DNA of 64,000 nucleotides from Haliotis cracherodii (taxonomy: Eukaryota). The notes under the pieces are model-generated. The model did no database searches. It was not told the origin of the DNA and saw nothing but the letters and a program-made list of their open reading frames with translations. The stretch is taken from assembly GCF_022045235.1 (NCBI RefSeq), contig NW_027266270.1:8122001-8186000 (forward strand), written 5' to 3'. Each line of letters opens with the position of its first letter. Positions within the stretch are counted from its first letter, which is position 1. Below are positions 1 to 11,227 of the stretch, in pieces. The position numbers were made by a program, and so were the translations under genes.

Positions 1-2186
1 GTAATCTTAGTGATAGAAAGATTGCATTCTACAATGCGTACAGCACTAGAAGGAAGATTGAAATAAACAAAGACTGGTTAAATAATGAACATCCAATACT
101 TCCACGTAAATTCTGGATTACTAAAATTCAGGGAGAATCCAAAGAAGAAACTGACATTCCTAAAGACTTGGCAGTTAGAAGATTTCAAACGGAAATCGCT
201 CTTTTAGAGAAGAGACTGACAAGATATAAAAGTACAGTTCAAACCAAAGATGATCATATGGCGTTAGCTTTTCATGATATACCATCAACGGAAGTTAAAG
301 AGTTTCTTAATAAACGATGGAAGGAAGATATATGTAAAGCAGAAATGAAGTCTGTTGAAATATGGAGTGGGAAAGAAGTATGGTTTAACTCGTATGCAGA
401 GAAGTACTGCAAGGACCAAGAGTGCTTGAAGGAGAAAAAGTGTAAAACTAAGCCGTGAAACTCTAATTGCACAACACCAAGCACCCATCCGTCTAATCGG
501 GCCACCCGAAGTTATGCTAGTGTTGTGAAAACTAACCAGCAAGCTACTTCAAACCACTCTACTCGATTGAAGCGAGGTCAGAGCGCAAGATGGAACGAGG
601 CCGCGATGTCGACGAGACCAAAACATGCAGAATATTTGAACCACTTTTAAATCAAATCGCACATACTATCATGGGAACCAGGAAAAACGTGTCCTGCGTG
701 GTACAGGACGCGGAAGAGGACGGGGCAGAGAACAAGGAAGAGTCAATAACATGCAGCATGATGATTACAGCAGACCAAATAATGCACAACGTGAGGATTA
801 CAACAGATATTTTTTAGGGTACAGCCACCAAACAAGGCACATATTCAAAGAAATGTGACTACTGCAGAAGAAAAACAACGCGTTGACCCGAAAATAATTA
901 ACATTTCTAAAAGACAACTCACTACAGCTGAAATAACTTTACTAAAATGGGGTCTAAAGTTCACGCCAACTCTGTCACAGAATCGCGAAGAGCTTAAGTG
1001 GACATTCATGCATTCAGTAGAAGACTGAGACTCATGGAATATTTTGAATGCGATGATCAAGAGGATGATATATCCGTTTCCGATAAAAATTCGATCACAA
1101 ATAGACCATTATTAAGGAACAAAAGCATGTTCAATCCAAAAATTATCAGGGATAAATACCTTGATAACTACTTAAACAACCTGGAGAAATATCCTCTACG
1201 GAACATCAGGAAGTGCCATCCCAACTTATCACTGGAAGAACGTAAAGTTGTGGAGGATCTTAAAAATGACAAATCGATTGTTATTAAGGAAGCAGATAAA
1301 GGCGGCGCAGTCGTAATAATGGACTTGGAATATTATGAATAAAAAATGTATGAATTATTGCAAGACAAGCAATTTTACATTGAAACAGATAATACTGAAA
1401 AACTGTAATTAAGAAGATTAAAAAACATAGTGATGACTTCTTTGGAGATCTACACCCTAAAGAAAAAGACTACTTAATACTAATTTCTACGGACTACCCA
1501 AGATCCATAAAAGTAAATTGATAAATAATGCTATTGCCGAACAGAATGCGGAGTATATCAAAATTACCAGCTGTCCTGATTTGACATTCAGGCCGATTGT
1601 CGGAGGACCGAACAGCCCGACTCAGCGCCTAAGTAATCTCGTCGATATCATTTTAAAACCATTAACAAAGCATGTACCATGTTTTGTAAGAGACGATGTA
1701 GACTTTCTTTCCCACCTGCCCGATGCCGTACCTATTGATGCGACTCTAGCCACCTTTGATGTGAAGAGTTTATTTACCAACATACCCCATGATCTGGGAT
1801 TGGAAGCAGTTCAATTTTGGCTGAGAAAACATCCTGAGGCTATCGACACTGAATTTTCGGAAAGTTTAATCGTGGAATCTTTAAGATTAGTCTTAGAAAA
1901 TAATACCTTCTGTTTCAACGGAAAATTCTATCATCAAAGAAAGGGAACGGCCATGGAAACGAAAGTCGCCCCAACATACGCTACACTTGTGATGGGCTAT
2001 AGAGAGGATATTCTTTACAGGAAGGTACACGATTCCATGTCAGAATCTATTGCCAAACATGTGCGCGAAACTTGGAGGCAATTCTTGGACGACTGCTCTT
2101 TAGTTTGGCTCTCAACTCGTGAAAATTTAGACATTTTTCTGGATATTATTAATAAGCTCCAGCGTTCCATCAGTTTTACTACGGAT

Positions 2187-4194
2187 TGTAACATAAAAGT
2201 AGGTATGTTCCCTGATCTGATTGGTTAAAAAGTGTTGTCGAATGAGCATAATATCGCTGATTTTTTGGGGTCTCATCACCGTGTATGTATACATTAATTA
2301 ATGGAACTATTTTTGAAATCATCAACATGGAGGAGCAGAGAGAAATTTACCCTGACTTCCACATCGGTGATTTTGATGAAATATTGAGTGAATGGGACGA
2401 CGAGACATTTTCTAGGATAATTTAAGAATTTGAAGGTAAATGAAATTACAAAATAATAATCATAATTAATGTAATTTTCTTGGGCTTGGCCAAAGGAAAA
2501 AACAAAACAAAATCAATTTTTAACAGAGTAAAAAACATTTATTGCAACTCTTTAATAGTTATGACTTTCATACACCCACCTAATTTTGTTCTTATTATAA
2601 CCCCCAACAGCTGTTGAAGCTGAAAACCGTTCTGAGATGGCCCCTGAACTAGGAAATACAGCCAGCGTTTCCGTAGAGCCCAAAGTTCAAGCGTCCAGTG
2701 ACCGCTTCGCGTCCCTTGATGAAAAAGCAGTACAGGACATCGTGGATGGGAACCTCTCCAAATCTACAGGCAGTTAAAATATTTCGACGTAAGCCATTGA
2801 AACATAAAAGAATACATAAACATACCAAAATTTCCTACGCAGTTTCGATCAACATCAGCGAGAGTTACCTCCCTTACACCATTGCCATGATAGCAATGTA
2901 AAGCGTGACCAATGTGTCATCGCAAAAATTGGCAATAATATAACGAGATTGACCAAAATCTTAACATAAATTAAATATTTCGTTTTGTAAGATTTGAGAT
3001 ATGTTATACTAAATGGATATACGAAAATTTTATTTAAACGCGACACCGTAATAATAACGAATTACTCCCACTTACCGTCACATTTGTACCCTGAACAAGG
3101 CAATCTTTTCACTTCCAGAATGGCTTGGTTTCCGAGGTTTTGAACCCACGTTCGAAGAGCTTCCTGCTTTTCAACTGAATGAGAGACTGAGGTTCTTTAA
3201 TGCCGAAGTCAGAAGGGAGAGGGAGAGGGAGACCTTTCCTCAAAATCGAGTTTTGTTGGGTTGCGTGCTGCCATACATAGGCACATCAGGGAACCGCCAT
3301 TTGAGCGCAGCATAAACATTATCCAAGACCGTGAATTTCACACTGCAAACTGCCGTCACTTTGCTGTCAAACGCAGGTATTGAAAATCGAGAGATTTGCA
3401 AAATTACCGGCCACAAAACCGATTAATCGTTGAAGTCGTATTCCATTGACTCGAGCTCGGCTCAAAAACGACATTATTCGAACATTTTTCAGGGACAGCA
3501 GCAGCTCGCTAACGAACGTAATTTGGTACCTGTCAAAGATACAGATATCCTGCCACTGTCCACTGCTCCCGTGAATAACTTCCAGATTAATTCTTCTGCT
3601 AATTCCCGCGGTCTCTCTCACATATGTTATTCCACTGTAACAGTAAACAGCTTAGCTGTATGTCTGAAATTTCGCACATGTTTGACGTCTCTTGTCACCA
3701 CCTCAGTTTCAGGCGAGTTGACACCATCTTGTACAGGGTCCAAACAGTATGTACGTCTTTTCTAATTTTGATTATTTGTATTTCATAGATACGCATAATT
3801 ACAAATTACAAGTAAGATTTGGAACTGTGATAAAGAATTGAATTTGTGACATTTCCTGTTGTTTGTTTATTTTCTGAGAAATGGGCTTGAACATGTGACC
3901 ACCCCTTTCGTAAAATGGACCATCATTATTGGAGTACCTCGAAAACATTGATCGGTTTCGCGGCACCCCATATCATGCATCTTTTCGAAGGTGAGCACGA
4001 GGAGACGTATTACTAACGACAGTCTTGTTGTGTCATGCGCTCAGTAAATTAGTTCCTCTTAAATATCGATTTTAATTAACGTTCATGTTACAATGTCGAT
4101 AAATATTTCGTTTTGTAAGATTTGCGTGATGTTATGCTGAATGGATGTACGGAAATTTCATTTGAACACGACGCCATAATATTTATCTCCTAAG
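2187..4194 (+). mobile_element. Crypton (tyrosine recombinase DNA transposon), internally deleted, with spliceosomal introns
   Basis: Hand-translated exons 2327-2435, 2611-2788 and 3119-~3490 give RFASLDEKAVQDIVDGNLSKST, LRFFNAEVRR, SKSSFVGLRAAIHRHIREPPFERSINIIQDREFHTAN and AVTLLSNAGIENREICKITGHK..SLKSY (DUF3504/KCTD1-type YR). It interrupts the Penelope RT between FTTD and SSESK with no evident TSD. Confidence 0.82.
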
Positions 4195-5331
4195 TCTAGC
4201 GAGAGCAAAATTCCATTCCTAGACGTCCTTGTAGTTAAGGAAGATACTAAATTGAAAACTGATATCTACTACAAACCAACGGACAGCAATAAATACTTAC
4301 AATTCGGTTCATGTCACCCCAGGCATACACAAACTAACATTCCTTATTCACTTGCGCGGAGAGTATGAACCATCGTGTCGGAAACGGATAAAAGAGATTT
4401 AAGATTGAAAGAATTGATGGGGTATCTCAGGAAGCTAGGATATCTGCTTCGCGTCATAAATGACGCAATAGAAAAGTCGTTAAAAATTCCAAGACATACT
4501 CTCCTGAAACCTAATGAAAGATCTGTGAGCGATCAAATTATACTGTTTGTGTCAGCCTTAAATCCTTAGAACTGTGATATCATGTCAGTCATAAGGGACA
4601 ACCTCCCAATTCTACAGCAAAGCGATAAAATGGAACAAAGACTGAATAAATTTAAAATTATAAAAAGTACAAGGCAACCAAAAAATCTCAAGCAAATTCT
4701 TTGTCCATATAAATATTCTTGTACAGAGAGTGTACCATGTGTAAGTAGATGTAACACACCAAGATGCGGCACTTGTAACATCATAAGTGAAGGTACTACT
4801 TTCCTTTTTGCAAATGGCAAGGGTTTCAATGTGAAAGCCGACATGAACTGCCGCAGCAAAGATGTGGTGTATGTTATGAGATGTTCGGGATGCAGCGAAA
4901 ACTACATCGGTTAAACCGTCATGGAATTAAAAGATAGAGTCACTGTACACAAACAGCAGATTAGAGACCCCTATGTTCGATGCTTAGGTGTCAGCAAACA
5001 CATTGATGATTGCAGAAACGGGAAATTTACTATTTTTCCATTTTATAAATTGTATACAAATAACAAGCAGCTGAAACTGGAAAAAGAACAAATGTTTATC
5101 CAATTGATGAAACCCAAATTGAACTCTAGAATGTATTAATAGATTTGTCATTTTAATCGTAAATGTTGCACTGTTACTTTACAAATACTGTATATTTAAT
5201 TCAAATGTGTCCCTACAATTGTTAAATTACTTGGTGTCGTCGCTGGAGTTTGTAACTACATTATGACGTCACAGTTGTAATTAATGACGTCATCATAAGT
5301 ATGACGTCATTATATGGCATTGTCAGTTACA

Positions 5332-5352
5332 CTGAAGAGCTGTCACGAGACA
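5332..5352 (+). ncRNA. Truncated hammerhead-ribozyme-like motif in the Penelope 3' pseudo-LTR
   Basis: CTGAAGA core, then stem-loop gctgtc-acga-gaca, cut off by (TA)n before the expected GAAA. Confidence 0.45.
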
Positions 5353-5374
5353 TATATATATATATGTTTAATTA

Positions 5375-5519
5375 GGAGATAAACCTACTGTGTTTTGAAA
5401 TTTGATGTAGTCCCACTGTAGAATAGATACCTCTTTATTATAATTTTGAACCGAGCGCTTTAGGTTTCTATTCTACAGTGGGACTACATCAAATTTCAAA
5501 ACACAGTAGGTTTATCTCC
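5375..5519. repeat. Near-perfect inverted repeat (58-bp arms, 29-bp spacer)
   Basis: 5375-5432 is the reverse complement of 5462-5519 with one mismatch. Confidence 0.9.
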
Positions 5520-7704
5520 ATTCTACCATGACGGCAACAACGCTTTGAAAACGGCGCTCTCTTGCAACGCGTAATAACACAGGTGCACAGGTCCGCGATC
5601 TTAGAACATTCCGAAAAGTGGTCACAGGTAGTTATATATGTAACAAATATTACTAAAGTTCAAGATTAAAAAACACCAAAGTCGTGAGTAGTTCATAATA
5701 AGTGTTCAAAACACATATTTTTTCAAACGAAGTTGACAAATAACACTCCTAACTTAATCCAAAGAGAGATGTTATAATTTCTTTCAAACTGTTGCACACT
5801 ATTGAACACTGTGGACTGGCTGTCGTTTCTCGGAAATTTGTGAGAGAGGTCATTTCTTGGAAATCGAACATGCCATCATTTCTATTGTAGGGGTGACGGG
5901 TAATAGAAAAAGGTTTTAAAATGCTAAACATATTTATCATTTAATTAAAGCATTTATCCGTGACATAAGCTTATGACATAAAAACATGTATGTCATACCC
6001 CAATGACATAAGTATGCAAATTAGATATGCAAATTAGATAACCGGAAGTGGGACTTTTTTTGCCGGTGCACGTGAGTAGGTGTTTATAAACAACATGGAT
6101 ACCTTTGATGTTGGAGACAATGTTTTAATAGATCAAAGGGGAAGTGCTACAGTGATATCCGTGTTGACAAATGGATATTACAGGTTACAGGTTGATGGTA
6201 CTTTTTTTCTCAGCGAAGGAATATGCCATAAAGGATAAAGGAATATGCCATAAATACCTCGTCCCGTTAATCGGTATTTGCCTCGCCAAAGGCTCGGCAA
6301 ATACCGATTAACTAAGACTCGGTTGATATTTCCCATATCAAAAAACACTTGTGATGAATCCTCTATATATTTCTACAGCAAACTTTATGAATTAACATTC
6401 TAATATACATTTAACATGTCTAAGAGTTATTAGTTAGATAGCAATTGCCCCCAGTAAACAATAATAACATCAAAGTAAATGCCTCTCCACCCCGAACTTG
6501 GATGTGGCAGAACTTGACCTAAATCACGGTTACTCACACCTCACTGCTGTCAATGGCTGACAATCATGTGTTTACATTAACTTGATCTAGTTAAAAGAAG
6601 CAAGATGACAACCCCGATCTATGATGTGGTTCAACATTTACCTATAGATTTACTGGGATTGATCGAGCCTGCTGGTACATCCATATGATTACCAATGGAA
6701 CTGAGTATGACTGAACAGCCGCTGTTTAGGCTGCAGACGAGCCGGATATTTTGAGACGAGGAATCTGCATGGTGTGACCTGTCAATTTCAAGATTTCACG
6801 GATTCAAAGCCAAATAGTGACAGAACTTAGACATTTCTGGTCCAGAAAGAGTAGGTCGTGTATAATTTTCATAATTGTGCGTGTTCTGAAATGAATTTCA
6901 TCAAGTTTGATAAGCTGTCACTTCAGTTGGGACATTGTTTTCGTGGACTTTCGAAAGGGAGTGTTTTCTGATGCACTTTCAAATCTCCTCCTGCCAAATT
7001 CAAACGGTGGTGGTTGATGGAGATGGTAATGGATATCGATCAGAAAAAGGTTTGTAAACACCATGTTGTCATGAATAAAATGTCTTCAAACATATTTTAT
7101 TATCTTATATTTCACTTTCATTGTCGGTTGTTTCAATAATGAAATTACCTGTTCGTGGGTTTCAGAAAAAGTTACCAAAAAAATGAACAATTACTATTTT
7201 CTCAACAAAATTTATTAGATATCACTCTTTCACTTATTTTTAATGTGTGAATCTTTGAATTATACCTCCCCACCCTGAAATGAGAACCGTCCTAACGTGT
7301 CCCGGTTGTCACTGTATCTGCACTACACTCTCAGTTATGGCTGCCAAAGAAATTGTTAACAGTAACAGTGCTGTTAAAGAATTGCAGGAAACCAGAAGAC
7401 AACCCAGTACTGATGCACAGTGTGATGCTGTTCAACATTAACACGTTGACTAACTATCCCTACTGATGTGATGTTGTTTTTTCAAACAATTTTTATTATG
7501 TTATATTTTACTTTCATTGTTGGTTGTTTCAATGAGGAAATAGCTTAAATTGTTCCGATTCTGGTCACCATAGAACATTTCTCTAACAGTTTCATAAACA
7601 TTTCATTTGTATGCAAAAGATATGCCTTCGTTAAATCTTTTAATGTCATCATCGAAGCAGTCGGGGTTGCGGCCTAGAACGCCCCAAACATCCGATATCA
7701 AACT

Positions 7705-7826
7705 ACCGTATTTCCTCTATTTGACACTATACGCCGTCTATTAATTTCGCGAGAGCCCTTGACTCGGCGTGTATTAGAGACCTGTCTGGTATTAGAAACC
7801 CAGCGTGTATTAGAGGAAATATAGAT
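7705..7826. mobile_element. Short Tc1/mariner-type MITE
   Basis: Termini taccgtatttcctcta ... tagaggaaatatagata, with internal gtattagaga repeats. Confidence 0.5.
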
Positions 7827-8825
7827 ATGTTTTACAGTTCATATGGGGGTGATCGATCGGCAGCCATTTTCTGTGAATCGATATGTAGGCTATCTATGTA
7901 TTCATACGCACGTTTTTTTGTGTGAAAAGGCTTAATATATTTGAAAAGGGGTTTCCGTAGCAAAAAGGAAACCTCTTTTTAACCAATCAGAATCAAGCAT
8001 TCATCAATGTCATGGTAGAATTGTATATAGCGTGGAAGTTGCAATAAGTAGGGCACTTGTGCCCCATCCCTTTGTCTCCTTGGACAATAACATATATTTG
8101 GAACAAATTTTTAAAAAAACACATACATCATACCATATTACATGTCTCTTATTCCTGTGTGTAGTATGTTAGATACACTGCAAAAAACGGAACAAGTATG
8201 TGTGTAGACTTTATAGTCAAATGCACAGAGCGGATAAGCAGTCAGGGGTGATTGCATCGGCGGTGACTTCTTTATTATAATCACTTGAAAGTGTTGAAAT
8301 TGATTTGTGCTGAGCTCAGATTGGTTTGTACGGGATGCCGCGAAGTGATTTGTAACATGCTGTCGTGCGCATAGCAGATTAGCCAACTGAGTGGATTCCA
8401 CAGAGGATGAAAGCTATATCATTATTACTTAAAAGTGTTGAATTTGGTTTGTACGGTTTAATTGTACGGTATACATTGTTATAATGTGAAATCTCCGCGG
8501 AAAATCGCGTTATTTAAAACAGTAGTCCTCTGAAAAATCATCTTCCGCATAAAAATATAATCAAAGATTTAAAAGAAAATACTCTGAAAAACCGTCGCGG
8601 ATTGTCTTGTTTTTGATCAGAGCTTTAAGCACCAAACATGCCTTTATTATTATTATTCATAACACAACACTATTATTGTCTCATCTTGTTTCCGGACATT
8701 ATACGTTTTCTATCACGAATACTGTAACGATGGGTGTGGCATCACACAGAAATTGTAAAGACTCCGATCATGGCTTGTTTTTATGATAACGTTGTCTTTT
8801 ATAAATGAATGAGATGTTTTACAGT

Positions 8826-9975
8826 TGATAATAACTGGAGGCCGTTAGATAATACATGGACACCATGAGATAAGATCTGTAAGCATAGAGATAATACTTG
8901 GAGGTTACTAGATAATACAAGCAGACCATGAGATAAACCTCGAGGACAAGAGATAATAACTGGAGGCCGCTAGATAACAGATGGAGACCATGAGATAAGA
9001 CCTGGAGGCCACGAAATAATGCAATCAGAAGATGAGATAAAACCACGAGGCAACGACATTATACCTAGGGGCCACTAGATCATACAAGCAGACAATGAGA
9101 TAAAACCTGGAGACAATGAAATAATACCTTGATGCCACGAGATAATACCTGGAGACCACTAGATGATCCAAGCAGACCATGAGGTTACACCTCGAGGCCA
9201 CGAGATAATACCTGGAGGCCAATAGACAATACATGCAGACCACGAGATAAACCTCGAGGTTACTAGATAATACAAGCGTACCATGAGATAAAACCTGGAG
9301 GCAACGAAAGAAAACCTGGAAGCCACGAGATAGTACCTGGAGGCCTCAGACAATACCGGCAGCTCATGAGGTTACACCTCAAGGCCACGAGATAATGCCT
9401 GGAGGCCACTAGACGATACCACGAGATAATACCGGCAGACCTTAAGATCAAACCTGGAGACCACGAGATAATACAAGCAGACCATGAGGTTATACCTGAA
9501 GACCACGAGATAATACCTGGAGGCCACGAGATAATGCATCCATACCATGAGGTTACACATTGAGGCCACGGGATAATAATGCCTGGAGGCCACGAGAAAA
9601 TACGCACAAACCATACAATAAAACCTGCAGGCCACTACATAATACCCGGAGGCCACTGGAAAATACAAGCAGACCATGAGATAAAACTTCGAGGCCACGA
9701 GATATTACCTTGAGGCTACTAGATAATACAAGCGGACCATGAGATGAAACATGGAGGCCATGATATATTAACTGGAAGCCGCTAGATAATACATGCAGAC
9801 CCTGAAATAAGACCTGGAGGCCACGAGATAATACCCGGAGGCCACAAAATAATAGCCGGAGGCGACAATACAGCAGGACCATGATGGTACACTTCAAGGC
9901 CACGAGATCATTACTGGAAGCCACAAGATAATACCGGCAGATTATGAGATAAAACCTGGAGGCCACGAGATAATG
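8826..9975. repeat. ~21-bp minisatellite with alternating variant units
   Basis: Units gagataatacctggaggccac, tagataatacaagcagaccat and gaggttacacctcgaggccac; they generate the spurious SRYYLVA ORFs. Confidence 0.95.
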
Positions 9976-10472
9976 ATTTGTATTTGTTTTCAACATATCT
10001 TCCAAAGTTTCAAAAGACAATGAATAAGTATAAATGTGATTAATACATACTGTTATATTAAACTTTACATTTTGCTTTTTGAAAGCCCTAGCACATTATC
10101 AAGGTTTTACAAAATAATCATGATCATGATAATTATGTCCATGCCAGCGACCTTAGCGTAAATACATTTAGTTCATGTTTACACAAACTTGCACAATAGT
10201 TAGGAACAAACTTTATAACAACACTGATAGAAATTACAATTTGGGGTTTATTGCATATAGCGACAGCAACAACGGGTTATACAGTAAACAAGTAGCATAC
10301 AGATAATTGGAGGAAGCCAGTCCTATAAACAGTATCATAGCATCATCAGCGGCACAGTAATCTACTTACCACTGCGCGTTGCGTCGTCGTTTGAGGTCTG
10401 TGCTCCTATAACGATAGAGCCCTCACGGTTGTAGATCATGTGAAGAAGGTGTATCCTAATAAAGTGACGCCG

Positions 10473-10864
10473 GTATTATGTATAGCCACTGTAGGTAGGC
10501 TGTCTCAAATCAACCCAGTAGTCTCATATCAACTGACGTCTTGGCCCAGTGATTCAGGAAGTAACCCAAGTCCTGTTTTCCGACTCGTGAATCTGTTCTC
10601 ATATAGTCAACGCAGTGTATTTCATATAGGAATTTTATCCAGATACTATCGTGTACAACCGAGGTGGATTGGTTTACTTCTAATCGCGGGACGCCTGTAT
10701 TATATATAGCCACTGTGGGGAGGGGGTCTCAAATCTACCCAATAGTCTTATTGCAGCTGACGTCCGGGCCCAGTGATTCAGGAAGTAACCCAAGCCCTGT
10801 TTTCCGACTCGTGCCTCTGTTCTAATATAGTCAACGCAGTGTATTTGATATAGGGATTTTATCC
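10473..10864 (+). repeat. Tandem duplication (~168-bp copies at 10473-10640 and 10697-10864) just upstream of the first coding exon of gene A
   Basis: Direct sequence match, e.g. ggcccagtgattcaggaagtaacccaag...tatagtcaacgcagtgtattt in both copies. Confidence 0.9.
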
Positions 10865-10902
10865 CGTTCGTCTACATCCAGAAAAGAGTGTACACCGACA
10901 CA

Positions 10903-11227
10903 ATGTGTTTATGTATGGTGTATATGTTTGCTCTGTTCATGCTACATGCAGCATGGAGTCAGAGAGCTCCAACATGGGATTCGTGTGGATGCAGTTGGGT
11001 AGCATGGCAAGGATGGTCCACCTGTTCAAGGCTCTGCTACGGGAGGCAGGTCAGAGAGAGACAGGTGTGGGTGTATGACAGATGTGGGACTTTTGAGCAC
11101 TGTGATGGGGGAGACGGCGCCTACGACTACAGGGACTGCAACACTCACTGTACCTACGGTTCGTACGACTCCTCCTACGGCGGATGCAGGTGCCCGCCTG
11201 GGAGATATGGAACATGCTGTGATAATG
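10903..11227 (+). CDS. Gene A exon: signal peptide, TSP1 and EGF-like
   Basis: [19 protein letters not shown]; [22 protein letters not shown]; [12 protein letters not shown]; acceptor before 10882, donor g|gtaatt. Confidence 0.88.

Larger units (their letters stand above)
1..5352 (+). mobile_element. Penelope-like retroelement (RT plus C-terminal GIY-YIG, Neptune/Nematis-like), decayed and split by a Crypton insertion at 2187-4194
   Basis: RT motifs KEADKGGAVVIMD, RPIVGGPNSP, TFDVKSLFTNIP, GTAM..APTYA and QFLDD occur at 998-2186. The frame resumes at 4195 with SSESKIPFLDV..DIYYKPTD..SCHP, followed by a Cys-rich linker and GIY-YIG (VVYVMRCSGCSENYIG, 4582-5139). Multiple stops and frameshifts; ends in (TA)n. 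Confidence 0.92.
5371..8021 (-). mobile_element. Probable non-autonomous Crypton-related element containing nested MITE fragments
   Basis: Shares both terminal motifs of the 2187-4194 Crypton in reverse orientation: ctgattggttaaaaag about 30 bp inside one end and tttatctcctaa at the other. Hairpins at 5375-5519 and ~6267-6311; no coding remnant recognised. Confidence 0.45.

Noticed and set aside
4366-4368. In-frame TGA at a Cys-like position (LARRV*TIVS) of the Penelope ORF, suggesting selenocysteine as in Naiad elements
   Set aside because: The element has a C-terminal endonuclease (not the Naiad order), carries many other stops and frameshifts, and no SECIS is recognisable; simple decay explains it.
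8819-10020. Several long minus-strand ORFs (SRYYLVA repeats) and a CRISPR-like periodic look
   Set aside because: They are by-products of a 21-bp satellite; there are no unique spacers or cas genes, and the context is eukaryotic.
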